DNA from: Alloprevotella sp. | Lineage (GTDB): Bacteria; Bacteroidota; Bacteroidia; Bacteroidales; Bacteroidaceae | Direction: 5' to 3' | Assembly: GCA_041855985.1 (NCBI GenBank) | Contig: JBHAFF010000005.1 | Location: 24,960-88,959 of the forward strand | DNA: 64,000 nt | In this document: piece after piece, positions 9,314 to 19,459 of the stretch | How the letters are laid out: every line of letters begins with the position of its first letter | How positions within the stretch are numbered: position 1 is the first letter of the stretch | Program-made: the position numbers and the translations under genes | Notes under the pieces: generated by a model | The model's input: only the letters and a program-made list of their open reading frames with translations | What the model was told of the DNA's origin: nothing | Database searches by the model: none

Positions 9314-9910
9314 TTACTTCTTTTGAGAAGCAGCCTTGTGTGCCTTCTGAAGCTCAACCTGCTGTTCATAGCGATAGCTGAGGGAGTCCTTAGAATCACC
9401 ATCGACCAGCGAACGCTGACCTTCGCGGGAATCAAGCAGTGCCAGCTTCCACGCGCCTGTGATGTTCACGGGGATGAGATACATCTTCGTCGTGGCATCA
9501 GGGATGTTCTTCGAGGGATCACCCTTGGCAATCGTCACCGAAATTTGGGCTTCATTCTTATAGTATTCGTGAAACTTCAAATAGTCGATATGATATTCCT
9601 CGACGGGAAAGAGTTTTAAGGTCTTGGCACGCTCCTCCAATTCCTGGTTGTCCAACTCGTTGAACTCAAAATGGCCATTCTTCTCGGTAATCTTGACCAG
9701 CATGCCACAGGCACCATAGGTGTCCTTGGCTTTGAGGAGATCGAAGAATTTGTTAATCTCTGCCACCACCGCTACAGAGTCGGCATTGGTCATGCTCGCT
9801 TCAAACTGTGTCTGCGTGGGAGCTGCCTCATCTTTCTTGGAACAGGAAGAACAAGAGGCGACAGAGGCAACAAGAGCCGCTGTACAGAGGAAGAAAAATA
9901 GTTTTTTCAT
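9314..9910 (-). CDS. Hypothetical lipoprotein
   Basis: MKK, hydrophobic core and lipobox VASC; lies directly downstream of the large surface lipoprotein. Confidence 0.8.
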   Translation of the reverse strand: MKKLFFFLCTAALVASVASCSSCSKKDEAAPTQTQFEASMTNADSVAVVAEINKFFDLLKAKDTYGACGMLVKITEKNGHFEFNELDNQELEERAKTLKLFPVEEYHIDYLKFHEYYKNEAQISVTIAKGDPSKNIPDATTKMYLIPVNITGAWKLALLDSREGQRSLVDGDSKDSLSYRYEQQVELQKAHKAASQKK

Positions 9911-9940
9911 ATTCTCAGGGAAATCATTGGGTTCTGATAA

Positions 9941-9977
9941 AGAAGAAGGGCAGGCAAGTCTAAACTCGCCTGCCCTT
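9941..9977 (-). terminator. Stem-loop / terminator after the surface lipoprotein gene
   Basis: Perfect 10-bp stem AAGGGCAGGC...GCCTGCCCTT followed by a pyrimidine tract on the minus strand. Confidence 0.7.
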
Positions 9978-10012
9978 GATAGGAGATTACAGTGTGAGAC
10001 TGTATTGTCAGA

Positions 10013-13000
10013 TTACTTGCGACGTGCAGCGTTCTGAACGGTCTTCTTCACCTTAACATCCATGTAAGATACAACAGTACCCCACTTGTAAGTTACAGAG
10101 AGAGGAATGCGAACCGTGAAGTCAGCCACCGTAGTACCGTTGTTGTCGTAGGTGATCTTACCCAAGTTGTTGCCGTTGATCACACCCGTGGGCGAAGTGT
10201 AGTTCACACGAACCTTGTTGGTTACATCAGCGAGCTTCGTCACGCCGAGCGTACCACCGTTCATCGTGGTCGTGATGTTAGCAGCGTCAGCAGTGATAGC
10301 CGTGATGCCGTAGTAGTTGTAAGGATTCTTACCGTTAGCTTCAAGGGTAGAGAATGCGAAGTCACGCCAGTCTACGAAGTTGAGCTTAGCGTCAACAATC
10401 TGCTGACCAGCTACACCAGCATCCGTTACAGAGTTCTCACCACCCGTTACCGTGATAGGACGGAGGAAGCGAACATCGAACGTACCGTTAGCAACGGGAA
10501 CAGAGTTCACAGGAGCGCAGACAGCAGCGTCAACACCGATCTTAGCGGTGAGCGTCTGCTTAGCACCGAGCTGCTTGTGGCTTGCGTAGTTGAGGAGATC
10601 CTTGGCAACATCGTTGTTCTGATAGGTGATCAGCTCACTGTGCGTACCAGAAAGAACAGCAACAGCCGTGCGAACAGAAGCGGGAGTTACGCTAGCCTTA
10701 GCACCTTCAATAGCGTTGAGGGTCTTGCCATCGGCAGAAACTTCGAGCGTGTAGAACTTACCGCTTACGCCGTAAACCTCTTCGAACTCGGGCTTCACGA
10801 ACTTGAAGGTTACGTTGGGATTGAGAGCGGGATATGCGCTAAGACCAGCAAGTTTCACCTTGTTGCCTACGAAGGCATTGAGCATGTCGGTTTCGAAGGA
10901 GCAGTCGTTAGCAGCACCGCCCACCTTGTAGCCACCGAGAACTTCTACGTTACCGTGGATTTCGTAGTAGCCGGACTTAGCTTCGCCGTTCTGCTTAGCA
11001 TACCAGTACTCTGCGATCTTATCGGCATCAGCAATGGAGGTTTCGGGCTTAAGGTTGATTGCACTGGGCTTCCAAGTGAACTTCACGTAAACGTAGTTCT
11101 TGGCACCAGACTTAGCCTTATAGCGAACGTAGATGCTCTTTTCAGTGGTCGTACCGTTCTTGAACGCAGCATAGCTTTCTTCGGTCTTCACCGTCCACTT
11201 CAGAACGTCAGTAGTCGTACCTACAACGGGATCAGCAACAGGAACAACCGTACCGAATTTAACTGCGACTTCCGCAGCCTCTTCGGTGTTCTCCTTGAAC
11301 TGCTTGAACTCACTGCCAGAGAGATCGGGCTCGTAGCGAGCGGCGAAGTCTTCACGCGTGATATTCAGCTTTGTGAGGATGTTATCCTGGATGTCGTGCC
11401 ACTTAAGCTGTACGATGAGGTCTTCTGCACCAGCGCAACTTACAGTGTAAGCATTGGTGTAAGGACCGTATTCAACGGTGGTAGAAGTGGTCTTCACCTG
11501 ATCCTTCACGATCTTCAGCTTGATGTAACCAACAGCGGCTACCTTCTTATTTACAGTGTCGGTAAGGAGCACACGAACGAGGGGTTCGCGACCTACAGTA
11601 GCGAGGTTCTGTGCGCTACCATAAGGCTGCTGCTTTCCTTCTACAGAATTCTGAGCACGCACGGTGTAGCCATCTTCATTGAGGGCGAGGTGAACGGTCT
11701 CAGAGGTCTTATTGCTACCCTTGTGGTAACCTACGAGCTGGAAGCTGTACTTGAAGCCATCCTTCTCTACGATACCAGCGCTGGCCTTCTTGTCCCAACG
11801 AGTGCTGGCGGCTTCGCGAACGGTTTCTACATAATCGCGGAGGTCGATACCATCATTGTCGTTGTACACGATCTCAATGGGATTAGCAGAAGCGATAGCA
11901 GCAGCAGCTGTGCCATACCAATGCGTAGCATTTGCCGTAGCATCGGCAGCAACGGCACGCGTATCAGAGAGATTCAGGTCGGTGTATTCCGCGTAAGTAA
12001 CTGCAGCGTAGTCAGAAGTAACGGTAGAGTCACCCTTCTCACCCTTCTGGGTGTATTGGAGCGCCATTACCGTAACCGCCTTATCAGTATCAATATTCTT
12101 GATCTTGTTGGCATCGCTCAGCTGAGCCTTCACCGTCACCTTACCGTCAGCAACCTTAGCGTTGTAGATGATGGGGTTGATGAGATCGGCAGCAGCGCGA
12201 TAATCACGGTTGAGCACTACGAACTTGTAGTTGGCGGCATCCTCACTTACCTTAGCATAGGTAGGATTGATGTGGTAAGTAGCGGTCAGGCCAGGGGTAA
12301 GGTAGCTGAATGCCGCAGCTGCAACAGGAGCATCTGCAGAGAATTCACCTTCTGCATTTACGGCCTTCACCTTGTATTCCTTATACTTGAAGGTGGCAGC
12401 CTCCATAGCTTCGATACCGCGATAGTAGAAATCGGGAACGAATACAAGGCTCTTAAGGTCACCGAGCGCAGCGAGAACAACGAGTTCGTTGTTGATCTTT
12501 TCGATATCACCCTTCAGCGTTGCCACTTTCTGAGCGACTTCGTCCTTCGTTGCTGCATCTGCTACCTTGGCATAGACAGCATCGAGACCAGCAATCGTAG
12601 TGTTGATCGCAGCGATTTGCTGTTGGAGCTCAGCATTCGTGGGGTAGTTCTTCAGGATTTCTACAACTTCCTTCTTATAGTCTTCAAGAGCCTTCTTCTG
12701 TGCTTCAATAGCGGCATTAGCGGTCGTCTTGTAAGCATTCAGGTCGTTCTGAGCAGCAGTAGCTTTTCCGTCAGCAATAGCAGCGGCTTCAGCGGCCTTC
12801 TGAGCTGCGGTGAGGGCTTCGGCGGCCTTCGTCAGACCCTGTTCGGCCTTAGCAGCGGCGGCGGCAGCAGCTTCGGCAGCCTTAGCGGCAGCAGCGGCAG
12901 CGGCATCAGCAGACGTCTGAGCCTTAGCAGCAGCAGCGGCAGCAGCATCAGCAGCTACCTGAGCGTTGTTGGCAGCAGTCTGGGCAGCAGCAATCTTGGC

Positions 13001-13429
13001 ATTGATTTCTACAAGGTCCTGAGCGTACTGCGTCTTGTCCACCTTCGTATCTGCAAGGCTCTGAAGCGTAGTATTGATCTTAGCGTCAGCATCCTGAAGA
13101 GCAGCAATAGCAGCATTCAGCTTAGCAACATCGGCAGCATGATCCTGCTGGAGCTTTGCAATCTGAGCAGCCATAGCAGCATCTGCAGAAGCAAGTTTAG
13201 CATCAGCGGCAGCAAGTTCTTCCTTAGCCGTCTTCAGCTGAGACTCGAGTGAAGAGATCTGCTGAGCAATCGCGGTCTTCGCCGTTTCAAGCGCTTGCTT
13301 GTCGGTCGCGAGTTCCTGATTGATCCTTACGAAATCTTCATCATAGTCCTTACAGGAAACGAATGAGCTTGCAGGTACTGCCGTAACAAGCAGACCGAGC
13401 ATAGCTGCATTAATCAAGTTTCTTTTCAT
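10013..13429 (-). CDS. Large cell-surface lipoprotein (N-terminal coiled coil, beta-rich C-terminal region), 1138 aa
   Basis: Start MKRNLINAAML (13429). Lipobox FVSC followed by KDYDED, an acidic motif like the Bacteroidota lipoprotein export signal. About 290-aa Ala/Lys/Gln coiled coil; extreme codon bias. Confidence 0.85.
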   Translation of the reverse strand: MKRNLINAAMLGLLVTAVPASSFVSCKDYDEDFVRINQELATDKQALETAKTAIAQQISSLESQLKTAKEELAAADAKLASADAAMAAQIAKLQQDHAADVAKLNAAIAALQDADAKINTTLQSLADTKVDKTQYAQDLVEINAKIAAAQTAANNAQVAADAAAAAAAKAQTSADAAAAAAAKAAEAAAAAAAKAEQGLTKAAEALTAAQKAAEAAAIADGKATAAQNDLNAYKTTANAAIEAQKKALEDYKKEVVEILKNYPTNAELQQQIAAINTTIAGLDAVYAKVADAATKDEVAQKVATLKGDIEKINNELVVLAALGDLKSLVFVPDFYYRGIEAMEAATFKYKEYKVKAVNAEGEFSADAPVAAAAFSYLTPGLTATYHINPTYAKVSEDAANYKFVVLNRDYRAAADLINPIIYNAKVADGKVTVKAQLSDANKIKNIDTDKAVTVMALQYTQKGEKGDSTVTSDYAAVTYAEYTDLNLSDTRAVAADATANATHWYGTAAAAIASANPIEIVYNDNDGIDLRDYVETVREAASTRWDKKASAGIVEKDGFKYSFQLVGYHKGSNKTSETVHLALNEDGYTVRAQNSVEGKQQPYGSAQNLATVGREPLVRVLLTDTVNKKVAAVGYIKLKIVKDQVKTTSTTVEYGPYTNAYTVSCAGAEDLIVQLKWHDIQDNILTKLNITREDFAARYEPDLSGSEFKQFKENTEEAAEVAVKFGTVVPVADPVVGTTTDVLKWTVKTEESYAAFKNGTTTEKSIYVRYKAKSGAKNYVYVKFTWKPSAINLKPETSIADADKIAEYWYAKQNGEAKSGYYEIHGNVEVLGGYKVGGAANDCSFETDMLNAFVGNKVKLAGLSAYPALNPNVTFKFVKPEFEEVYGVSGKFYTLEVSADGKTLNAIEGAKASVTPASVRTAVAVLSGTHSELITYQNNDVAKDLLNYASHKQLGAKQTLTAKIGVDAAVCAPVNSVPVANGTFDVRFLRPITVTGGENSVTDAGVAGQQIVDAKLNFVDWRDFAFSTLEANGKNPYNYYGITAITADAANITTTMNGGTLGVTKLADVTNKVRVNYTSPTGVINGNNLGKITYDNNGTTVADFTVRIPLSVTYKWGTVVSYMDVKVKKTVQNAARRK
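12846..12965 (-). repeat. Degenerate in-frame Ala-rich repeats (AAAAAAAK)
   Basis: GCCTTAGC recurs at 12846, 12879 and 12921 (33- and 42-bp spacing). Confidence 0.7.
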
Positions 13430-13620
13430 GATGAATGAATTAATTGTGGTATTGAATAATTGTGGGAGATGCACGGCGCAATCCTTTCGTGCCGGTATTG
13501 ACCGGAAAAGACCTGTTGCGCATGCATTCGACAACTGAGAGATTGCACGATAAGCACAAGTATTCTGTATATTCCAAACCTTCGACTGTCTGGTCTGAGG
13601 TATATGATACAGAACCTCGG

Positions 13621-13653
13621 TGCAAAATTAAAAATAAAATGGCAGTTGCCAAA
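13621..13653 (-). promoter_or_regulatory. Consensus Bacteroidota promoter of the surface lipoprotein
   Basis: TTTG-N19-TAATTTTGCA, about 190 nt upstream of the ATG. Confidence 0.8.
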
Positions 13654-13747
13654 TCATTTTGGGGGAAAAAGTGAGGAGTACACCGTTTTTTTTTCGAAAT
13701 AGCCTGAAGAGCAGGTTTATCCTCGCCTTTCGTTTTCTCGTTCAGGG

Positions 13748-15193
13748 TTAGAGGAACTCCTCCTTCGCCCGTTGAAGGTAGTCGGAGGGTGCGAGGTCAG
13801 GATAGAAGGTACGAAAAAGCTGCTGTGTGGTAGTGGGATCATCGGCCACCGCACGAGCCAGCCAATACAGGAGTGGCTCAAGAGCTCGAAGTTGTCGTGC
13901 GGCGAGGGCACAGTAGGGAGCAGCTTCTCCTGCGGAAGTGGTGCGCTGTCCCCAAAGCTGCGCCCAAATTTCACGCGCACCTTCGTAGACGCCGCGCTCC
14001 ACCAGAAGGCGCGCGATGCGTGCAGGCAGCTCTGGATAAGCGGCGTGATGCGTAAGCAGATGCTGCAACAGCCTCAAGCCATCCGGCGTATGCCGATATT
14101 CCAGACAGAGGCGCGCAGCCTCAAAGAGGACTTCGGGATAGGAAGTACCGAGCGATGTGCAGCCCAAGAGGGTTTCATAGACAGCTTTCAGATTTCCGTC
14201 AGCGGCATAGGTGGTAGAGATATCCGTCAGGATGCGCACCTTATCAGGGTGTTCATTCGGACAAACCCGATTGGAACGCAGCAGCACGGTGCGCGCATCG
14301 GCCATCCGCCCTTTGTGCATCAGGATCTCTCCTGCAGAAAGTGCCATGGTATAATCATTGGGGTAATATCGGCGATAGACCTCATAAACCTCCAAAACCT
14401 CATCATAGCATTTCAGCCCCAAAAGGGCTGCTGCACGAAACCGTAGTGCTTTCTCATGCTCAGGCTCAATAGCCAGTGCAAAGTTGGCCGCTTCTACACA
14501 CTTCTCAAAGTCTTTCAGCTCGTTGGCCACATCGGCAACCATCACCCAAGCCTCAATATTGTAGGGATCATCGTCCAACAGTGTTTCCAGCCGGCGCAAA
14601 GCCTCTACACCATCGCCCATCTGGAACGAACACTCCGCGCGAAGCAACTGCGCTCGTGCATATTCCGGTGCAGAGGTCGGGATGCGTTCGATATACTTCA
14701 AGGCCATCGGCACACTGCCATAGTCGAGGGAGAGTTCTGCGATTTCGAGCAAGAGGTCAGTAATGCCCAAAGGTTCTTCACCCTCCTCGCGCGGCCATTC
14801 TGTGTCCAATTGGGTCTCACCCTTCAACGCTGCCTCATAGAGTGATGCGGCACGGTCGTAATCTAACTGGCTCAGTGCCAGTTCTGCCCAGAAAAACCGA
14901 ACATCAAGACTGTCTTGATCGGGCAATGCACGCACTACTGCCTCGGCCTCATCCCACCGCCCTTCGTTTTTCAGCCGATAAGCGCGGCGCACCACGACCT
15001 CGGGATCCTTGGGATGCAACCGGAGAGCGAGGCGCATGCACTGCTCCGCCTCAAAATACTGTCCCACCTGCTCATAATGATCCAACAAGTCCAAGAAATC
15101 CTCGGCCTCCATCCAAAACGAGACGGGGGCATTGGCCAACTGCTGTTCGTAACGCTGGCACAAGGCAGAAAGTTCTTCGGGAGTTCGCTTCAT
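13748..15193 (-). CDS. Tetratricopeptide repeat protein
   Basis: Repeated A...A....P helical pairs (ALRLHP, LLDDDPYN, ALAIEPEH). Confidence 0.85.
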   Translation of the reverse strand: MKRTPEELSALCQRYEQQLANAPVSFWMEAEDFLDLLDHYEQVGQYFEAEQCMRLALRLHPKDPEVVVRRAYRLKNEGRWDEAEAVVRALPDQDSLDVRFFWAELALSQLDYDRAASLYEAALKGETQLDTEWPREEGEEPLGITDLLLEIAELSLDYGSVPMALKYIERIPTSAPEYARAQLLRAECSFQMGDGVEALRRLETLLDDDPYNIEAWVMVADVANELKDFEKCVEAANFALAIEPEHEKALRFRAAALLGLKCYDEVLEVYEVYRRYYPNDYTMALSAGEILMHKGRMADARTVLLRSNRVCPNEHPDKVRILTDISTTYAADGNLKAVYETLLGCTSLGTSYPEVLFEAARLCLEYRHTPDGLRLLQHLLTHHAAYPELPARIARLLVERGVYEGAREIWAQLWGQRTTSAGEAAPYCALAARQLRALEPLLYWLARAVADDPTTTQQLFRTFYPDLAPSDYLQRAKEEFL

Positions 15194-15218
15194 AAGCAGA
15201 GGGAATTTAATCGCAGAG

Positions 15219-16955
15219 TTATTTCCCCTTATCCTCTTTGAGCGACACCGTGCTGTTGAAGACGAGGTGCTCGGGTGTGGAGTCGGGATCTACATTATAA
15301 TAGCCAGTGCGCGTGAATTGGAGATAGTCAAGCGGTTGGCGCGTCAGAAGGAACTTTTCGACAAAGGCATTGCGGTTGATGCAGATGCTGTCGGGATTGA
15401 GGAAGGGACGCATGGCATCGATACCGCGGACACCGTGCTCCTCTTCATACTGCTTGATGGCATCGCGGGGATTTTCACAGGTCCACAGGCACTGGTAGTT
15501 GCGCACCTCGGCAGGAAGGCAGTGATCCACGCTCAGCCAATGGATGGTGCCCTTGACCTTTCGGTTGGCTCCTTCGGTGCCGGCCTTGGACGTGGGATCG
15601 TAGGTGCAGTAGACTTCTTCAATCTCCCCGGTCTGTTCATTCTTCTTACAGCCCGTACAGTCCACGATGTATGCTCCTTTGAGACGCGTCTCCTTGCCAG
15701 GTGTCATGCGGAAGAACTTCTTGTCGGCCTCTTCCTTGAAGTCCGCGCGCTCGATCCAGAGGTTGCGGCTGAATTCAATGGTGTGCGTACCCTCTTCGGG
15801 ACGCTCGGGATTATTCTGCACTTCAAGTTCTTCCACCTGTCCCTCGGGATAGTTCGTAATGACCAGACGCACAGGATCGAGCACTGCCGATACGCGCGTA
15901 GCTCGCTCATTGAGGTCAGCGCGCACGGCACTCTCCAAGAGCTTCACATCGTTGAGGGCATCGAAGGTCGTGTAGCCGATCTTATCGATAAACTTGCGGA
16001 TGCTCTCAGGACTATAGCCACGACGGCGGATGCCACAGATCGTGGGCATGCGCGGGTCATCCCAGCCCGAAACCACACCCTCTTTGGTCAAGATGAGGAG
16101 ATTGCGTTTGGACATGAGCGTATAGTTCAAGTTCAGCTTGTTGAATTCGAACTGTCGGGGACGGTGATCGGCAAGGTCTTCACCACGAGTCTCCTTCATC
16201 CAGTCCACAAACAGGTCATAGAGTGGACGGTGAGGCACGAACTCGAGCGTGCAGATGGAGTGGGTGACTCCCTCTAAATAATCGCACTGTCCGTGCGTGA
16301 AGTCGTACATCGGATAAGCGTTCCACTTATTGCCCGTGCGGATATGTGGCATATTGAGGACGCGGTAGAGGATGGGGTCACGGAAGTGCATATTGTCACT
16401 CGCCATATCTATCTTGGCGCGCAGCACCATCCGTCCCGGTTCTACATGTCCACTGTTCATCTCTTCGAAGAGCCGCAAGGACTCTTCTACGGGACGGTTG
16501 CGGAAGGGACTCTCCGTTCCGGGACGCGTAGGGGTGCCTTTCTGGGCGGCGATCTGCTCAGACGTCTGCTCATCAACGTAAGCCCGCCCTTGCTTGATGA
16601 GTGCTACGGCAAAGTCCCAGAGATCTTGGAAATAGTCGGAGGCATAGAGCACTTTACTCCAGTGATAACCCAGCCACTCGATGTCGCGCTCGATGGCCTC
16701 TACATATTCATGATCCTCTTTTTGGGGATTGGTATCGTCCATGCGGAGATAGCAGACTCCACCAAATCTCTCCGCCACGCCAAAGTCCATGGCAATGGCT
16801 TTGGCATGACCGATGTGCAGATAGCCGTTGGGCTCAGGCGGGAAGCGCGTTTGGAGACGGCCACCGTTCTTGCCTGCGGCAAGGTCGTCCTTGACAATTT
16901 GCTCAATGAAGTTGAGCGTTTCTTTCTTTTCTATAGAAGTATCGGGAGTGGACAT
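15219..16955 (-). CDS. glnS: Glutamine--tRNA ligase
   Basis: RFPPEPNGYLHIGHAK, MSKR and WDDPRMPT motifs. Confidence 0.97.
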   Translation of the reverse strand: MSTPDTSIEKKETLNFIEQIVKDDLAAGKNGGRLQTRFPPEPNGYLHIGHAKAIAMDFGVAERFGGVCYLRMDDTNPQKEDHEYVEAIERDIEWLGYHWSKVLYASDYFQDLWDFAVALIKQGRAYVDEQTSEQIAAQKGTPTRPGTESPFRNRPVEESLRLFEEMNSGHVEPGRMVLRAKIDMASDNMHFRDPILYRVLNMPHIRTGNKWNAYPMYDFTHGQCDYLEGVTHSICTLEFVPHRPLYDLFVDWMKETRGEDLADHRPRQFEFNKLNLNYTLMSKRNLLILTKEGVVSGWDDPRMPTICGIRRRGYSPESIRKFIDKIGYTTFDALNDVKLLESAVRADLNERATRVSAVLDPVRLVITNYPEGQVEELEVQNNPERPEEGTHTIEFSRNLWIERADFKEEADKKFFRMTPGKETRLKGAYIVDCTGCKKNEQTGEIEEVYCTYDPTSKAGTEGANRKVKGTIHWLSVDHCLPAEVRNYQCLWTCENPRDAIKQYEEEHGVRGIDAMRPFLNPDSICINRNAFVEKFLLTRQPLDYLQFTRTGYYNVDPDSTPEHLVFNSTVSLKEDKGK

Positions 16956-17015
16956 GGGAAAGGTGTTCAGTATCCCCCAATGCTGAGGGAAATTGGGAAG
17001 CGGTTTCGAAACAGA

Positions 17016-19199
17016 TCAGTTGGCCATTTCGGAGAGGAACTTGATGCGGACGAGGCGGATCTCCTCTTCCGTATAATCGTTGCCCAGCTCATCGAGGGCA
17101 GCATCAATACTGTCGGTATCGGACTCTTTGAAGTAATCGTAAATATCAGCCATCACATCCTCGTCCATCACCTCGTTGATGAAATAATCAATATTGAGCC
17201 GGGTGCCACTATATACGATCGTGTCAATAATGTCCAGCAGCTCGGCAAACTCCATCCCTTTGACGCGCGCTATGTCATCAAGGGGGACTTTACGGTCAAT
17301 GTATTGGATGATGTCAACTTTCACTTGTGATTTCTTCGCCACGGTACGGATGCGAATGTCTTCGGGGCGATCAATGTCGTTGTCTTCGCAATGCCGACGG
17401 ATGAGGTCGCAGAAGCGTTGGCCATAACGCTTGGCCTTTCCGCTGCCCACACCAGGTACATTCTGCAATTCTTCAACGTTCTGAGGATAGACTGTGGCCA
17501 TCGCTTCGAGCGAAGCATCCTGAAAAATGACATAGGGTGGAATATCCAGCTCCTTGGCCATCTTCTTACGAAGATCCTTGAGCATCTGATAGAGGGAGGG
17601 GTCAAGTGCTGTGGCTGCCCCAGCCTGCATAGATGCAGGTTCTTCTTCCTCATCGAAATCGTTGTCCTCTACAATTTTGAAGCTTACAGGCTTCTTGAAA
17701 AACTTCTTGCCCTCCGGAGTTACTTTAAGCAGCCCGAAGTCATCGAGATCCTTGCGGAGGTAATTGGCAATGATGCCTTGGCGGATTACCGCCATCCAGA
17801 GGTGTTCATCTCCATTATCTTCGGCCGATCCGAAGCATTCCAATTCATCGTGATGATGGGCGAGTACCTCGTCTGTTTCCTTGCCCATCAAGATATCCAA
17901 GATATAGTCATCGCGGAAATTCTCCTTGGTAGCCAAGATCGCCTCGATGACTTTGCATAAATGGTTTTTTCCTTCCACTTGTTCTTTTGGTTTTTTACAA
18001 TTGTCGCAACTCCCGCAATTGTCGTGGGGATAGTTTTCCCCGAAATAATGGAGCAGGAGCTTGCGGCGGCAAACTGCGGACTCAGCATAGGCGGCCGTCT
18101 CTTTGAGGAGCTGACGCCCAATCTCTTGTTCGCTGAGCGGTTTGCCTTCCATAAACTTTTCGAGTTTCTGTAAGTCTTTGTACGCGTAGAAAGTCAAGCA
18201 ATAGCCTTCTCCGCCATCGCGTCCGGCACGTCCCGTTTCCTGGTAATAACCTTCGAGACTCTTCGGGATGTCGCAGTGGATCACGAAGCGCACATCGGGC
18301 TTGTCGATGCCCATTCCGAAGGCAATGGTTGCCACAATGACATCGATATCCTCTTTAATAAACGCATCCTGCGTGTCGGAACGTGTCTGGGCATCCAGAC
18401 CAGCATGGTAGGCAGCAGCCCGGATGTCATTGGTGTGCAGAATTTCCGTCAATTCCTCCACACGCTTGCGCGAAAGGCAGTAGATGATGCCACTTACACC
18501 AGGATGCTGCTTGACGAACTTAATGATCTCACGATCCGCATCCTGCCGCTTCGGCCGCACCTCATAGTAGAGATTCGGACGATTGAACGAACTGGTGAAC
18601 TCCATCGCGTCCTGCATACCGAGATTCTTCTTGATGTCCGCACGCACCTTTGCCGTAGCGGTGGCTGTCAGTGCAATAATGGGAGCAACACCAATTTTGC
18701 TGATAACAGGGCGGATCTTTCGATATTCCGGACGGAAATCATGCCCCCATTCCGAGATGCAGTGGGCTTCATCCACGGCATAAAAGGACACCTTGATCGA
18801 GCGCAGGAACTCGATGTTCCCATCTTTGTTCAGCTGTTCGGGAGCCACGTACAGCAACTTGGTGCGTCCAGAAAGAATATCCGCTTTCACCACGTCCACA
18901 GCAGACTTGCTGAGCGAGGAATTGATAAAGTGCGCCACGCCATCGTCTTCACGCGTCTGACGCACAGCATCGACCTGATTTTTCATCAGGGCGATGAGGG
19001 GAGAGATAATGATTGCCACCCCATCCATAATCAGTGCCGGCAACTGGTAGCAGAGGGACTTACCTCCGCCCGTGGGCATGAGCACAAATATGTCCCGCCC
19101 CCCCAACAGAGCACGAATGATGGCTTCCTGGTTGTCCTTGAAAACGTCGAAGCCAAAATACTTCTTTAACGGTTCGTGGAGATTGATCTCGGTAGTCAT
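17016..19199 (-). CDS. recQ: DNA helicase RecQ
   Basis: Start MTTEINLHE (19199). MPTGGGKSLCYQ, DEAHCISEWGHDFRP, Zn-binding cysteines and HRDC domain; promoter TAACTTTGCG at about 19234-19243. Confidence 0.96.
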   Translation of the reverse strand: MTTEINLHEPLKKYFGFDVFKDNQEAIIRALLGGRDIFVLMPTGGGKSLCYQLPALIMDGVAIIISPLIALMKNQVDAVRQTREDDGVAHFINSSLSKSAVDVVKADILSGRTKLLYVAPEQLNKDGNIEFLRSIKVSFYAVDEAHCISEWGHDFRPEYRKIRPVISKIGVAPIIALTATATAKVRADIKKNLGMQDAMEFTSSFNRPNLYYEVRPKRQDADREIIKFVKQHPGVSGIIYCLSRKRVEELTEILHTNDIRAAAYHAGLDAQTRSDTQDAFIKEDIDVIVATIAFGMGIDKPDVRFVIHCDIPKSLEGYYQETGRAGRDGGEGYCLTFYAYKDLQKLEKFMEGKPLSEQEIGRQLLKETAAYAESAVCRRKLLLHYFGENYPHDNCGSCDNCKKPKEQVEGKNHLCKVIEAILATKENFRDDYILDILMGKETDEVLAHHHDELECFGSAEDNGDEHLWMAVIRQGIIANYLRKDLDDFGLLKVTPEGKKFFKKPVSFKIVEDNDFDEEEEPASMQAGAATALDPSLYQMLKDLRKKMAKELDIPPYVIFQDASLEAMATVYPQNVEELQNVPGVGSGKAKRYGQRFCDLIRRHCEDNDIDRPEDIRIRTVAKKSQVKVDIIQYIDRKVPLDDIARVKGMEFAELLDIIDTIVYSGTRLNIDYFINEVMDEDVMADIYDYFKESDTDSIDAALDELGNDYTEEEIRLVRIKFLSEMAN

Positions 19200-19371
19200 A
19201 TACGGATAAAGGATAAGGTGGATGACTTTCTTTCGCAAAGTTATAAACAACTTTGCGACCAACCAACTTTTTCGGCGATTTTTTGGCGTTCTCTCTCCCC
19301 CTTTGCTCCATTCTCCAATGGGCACTCTTGGGAGGAACAGAAAGCCCTCCTCTCCTCCCCCTGAGTACACG

Positions 19372-19420
19372 AACGGACGATACAACCTTGTGGCAGTACC
19401 ACACGGCGGCATCGTCCGTT
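19372..19420 (-). terminator. Stem-loop after clpX
   Basis: AACGGACGAT...ATCGTCCGTT inverted repeat; weak U tract. Confidence 0.5.
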
Positions 19421-19459
19421 TTGTTTAAAGGCAGGGAGCGTGGATAGAAGCCGGGGCAT

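Noticed and set aside
10577-13252. 891-aa plus-strand ORF
   Set aside because: In-register antisense shadow of the codon-biased surface protein; Ser-rich and without motifs.
19200-19412. N-terminal extensions in the ORF track (recQ, rsmD, trpB, trpC, UDG, HsdR_N, LOG, ffh, hisF)
   Set aside because: They run through promoters, attenuators or upstream genes; starts were reassigned to the conserved N-termini.
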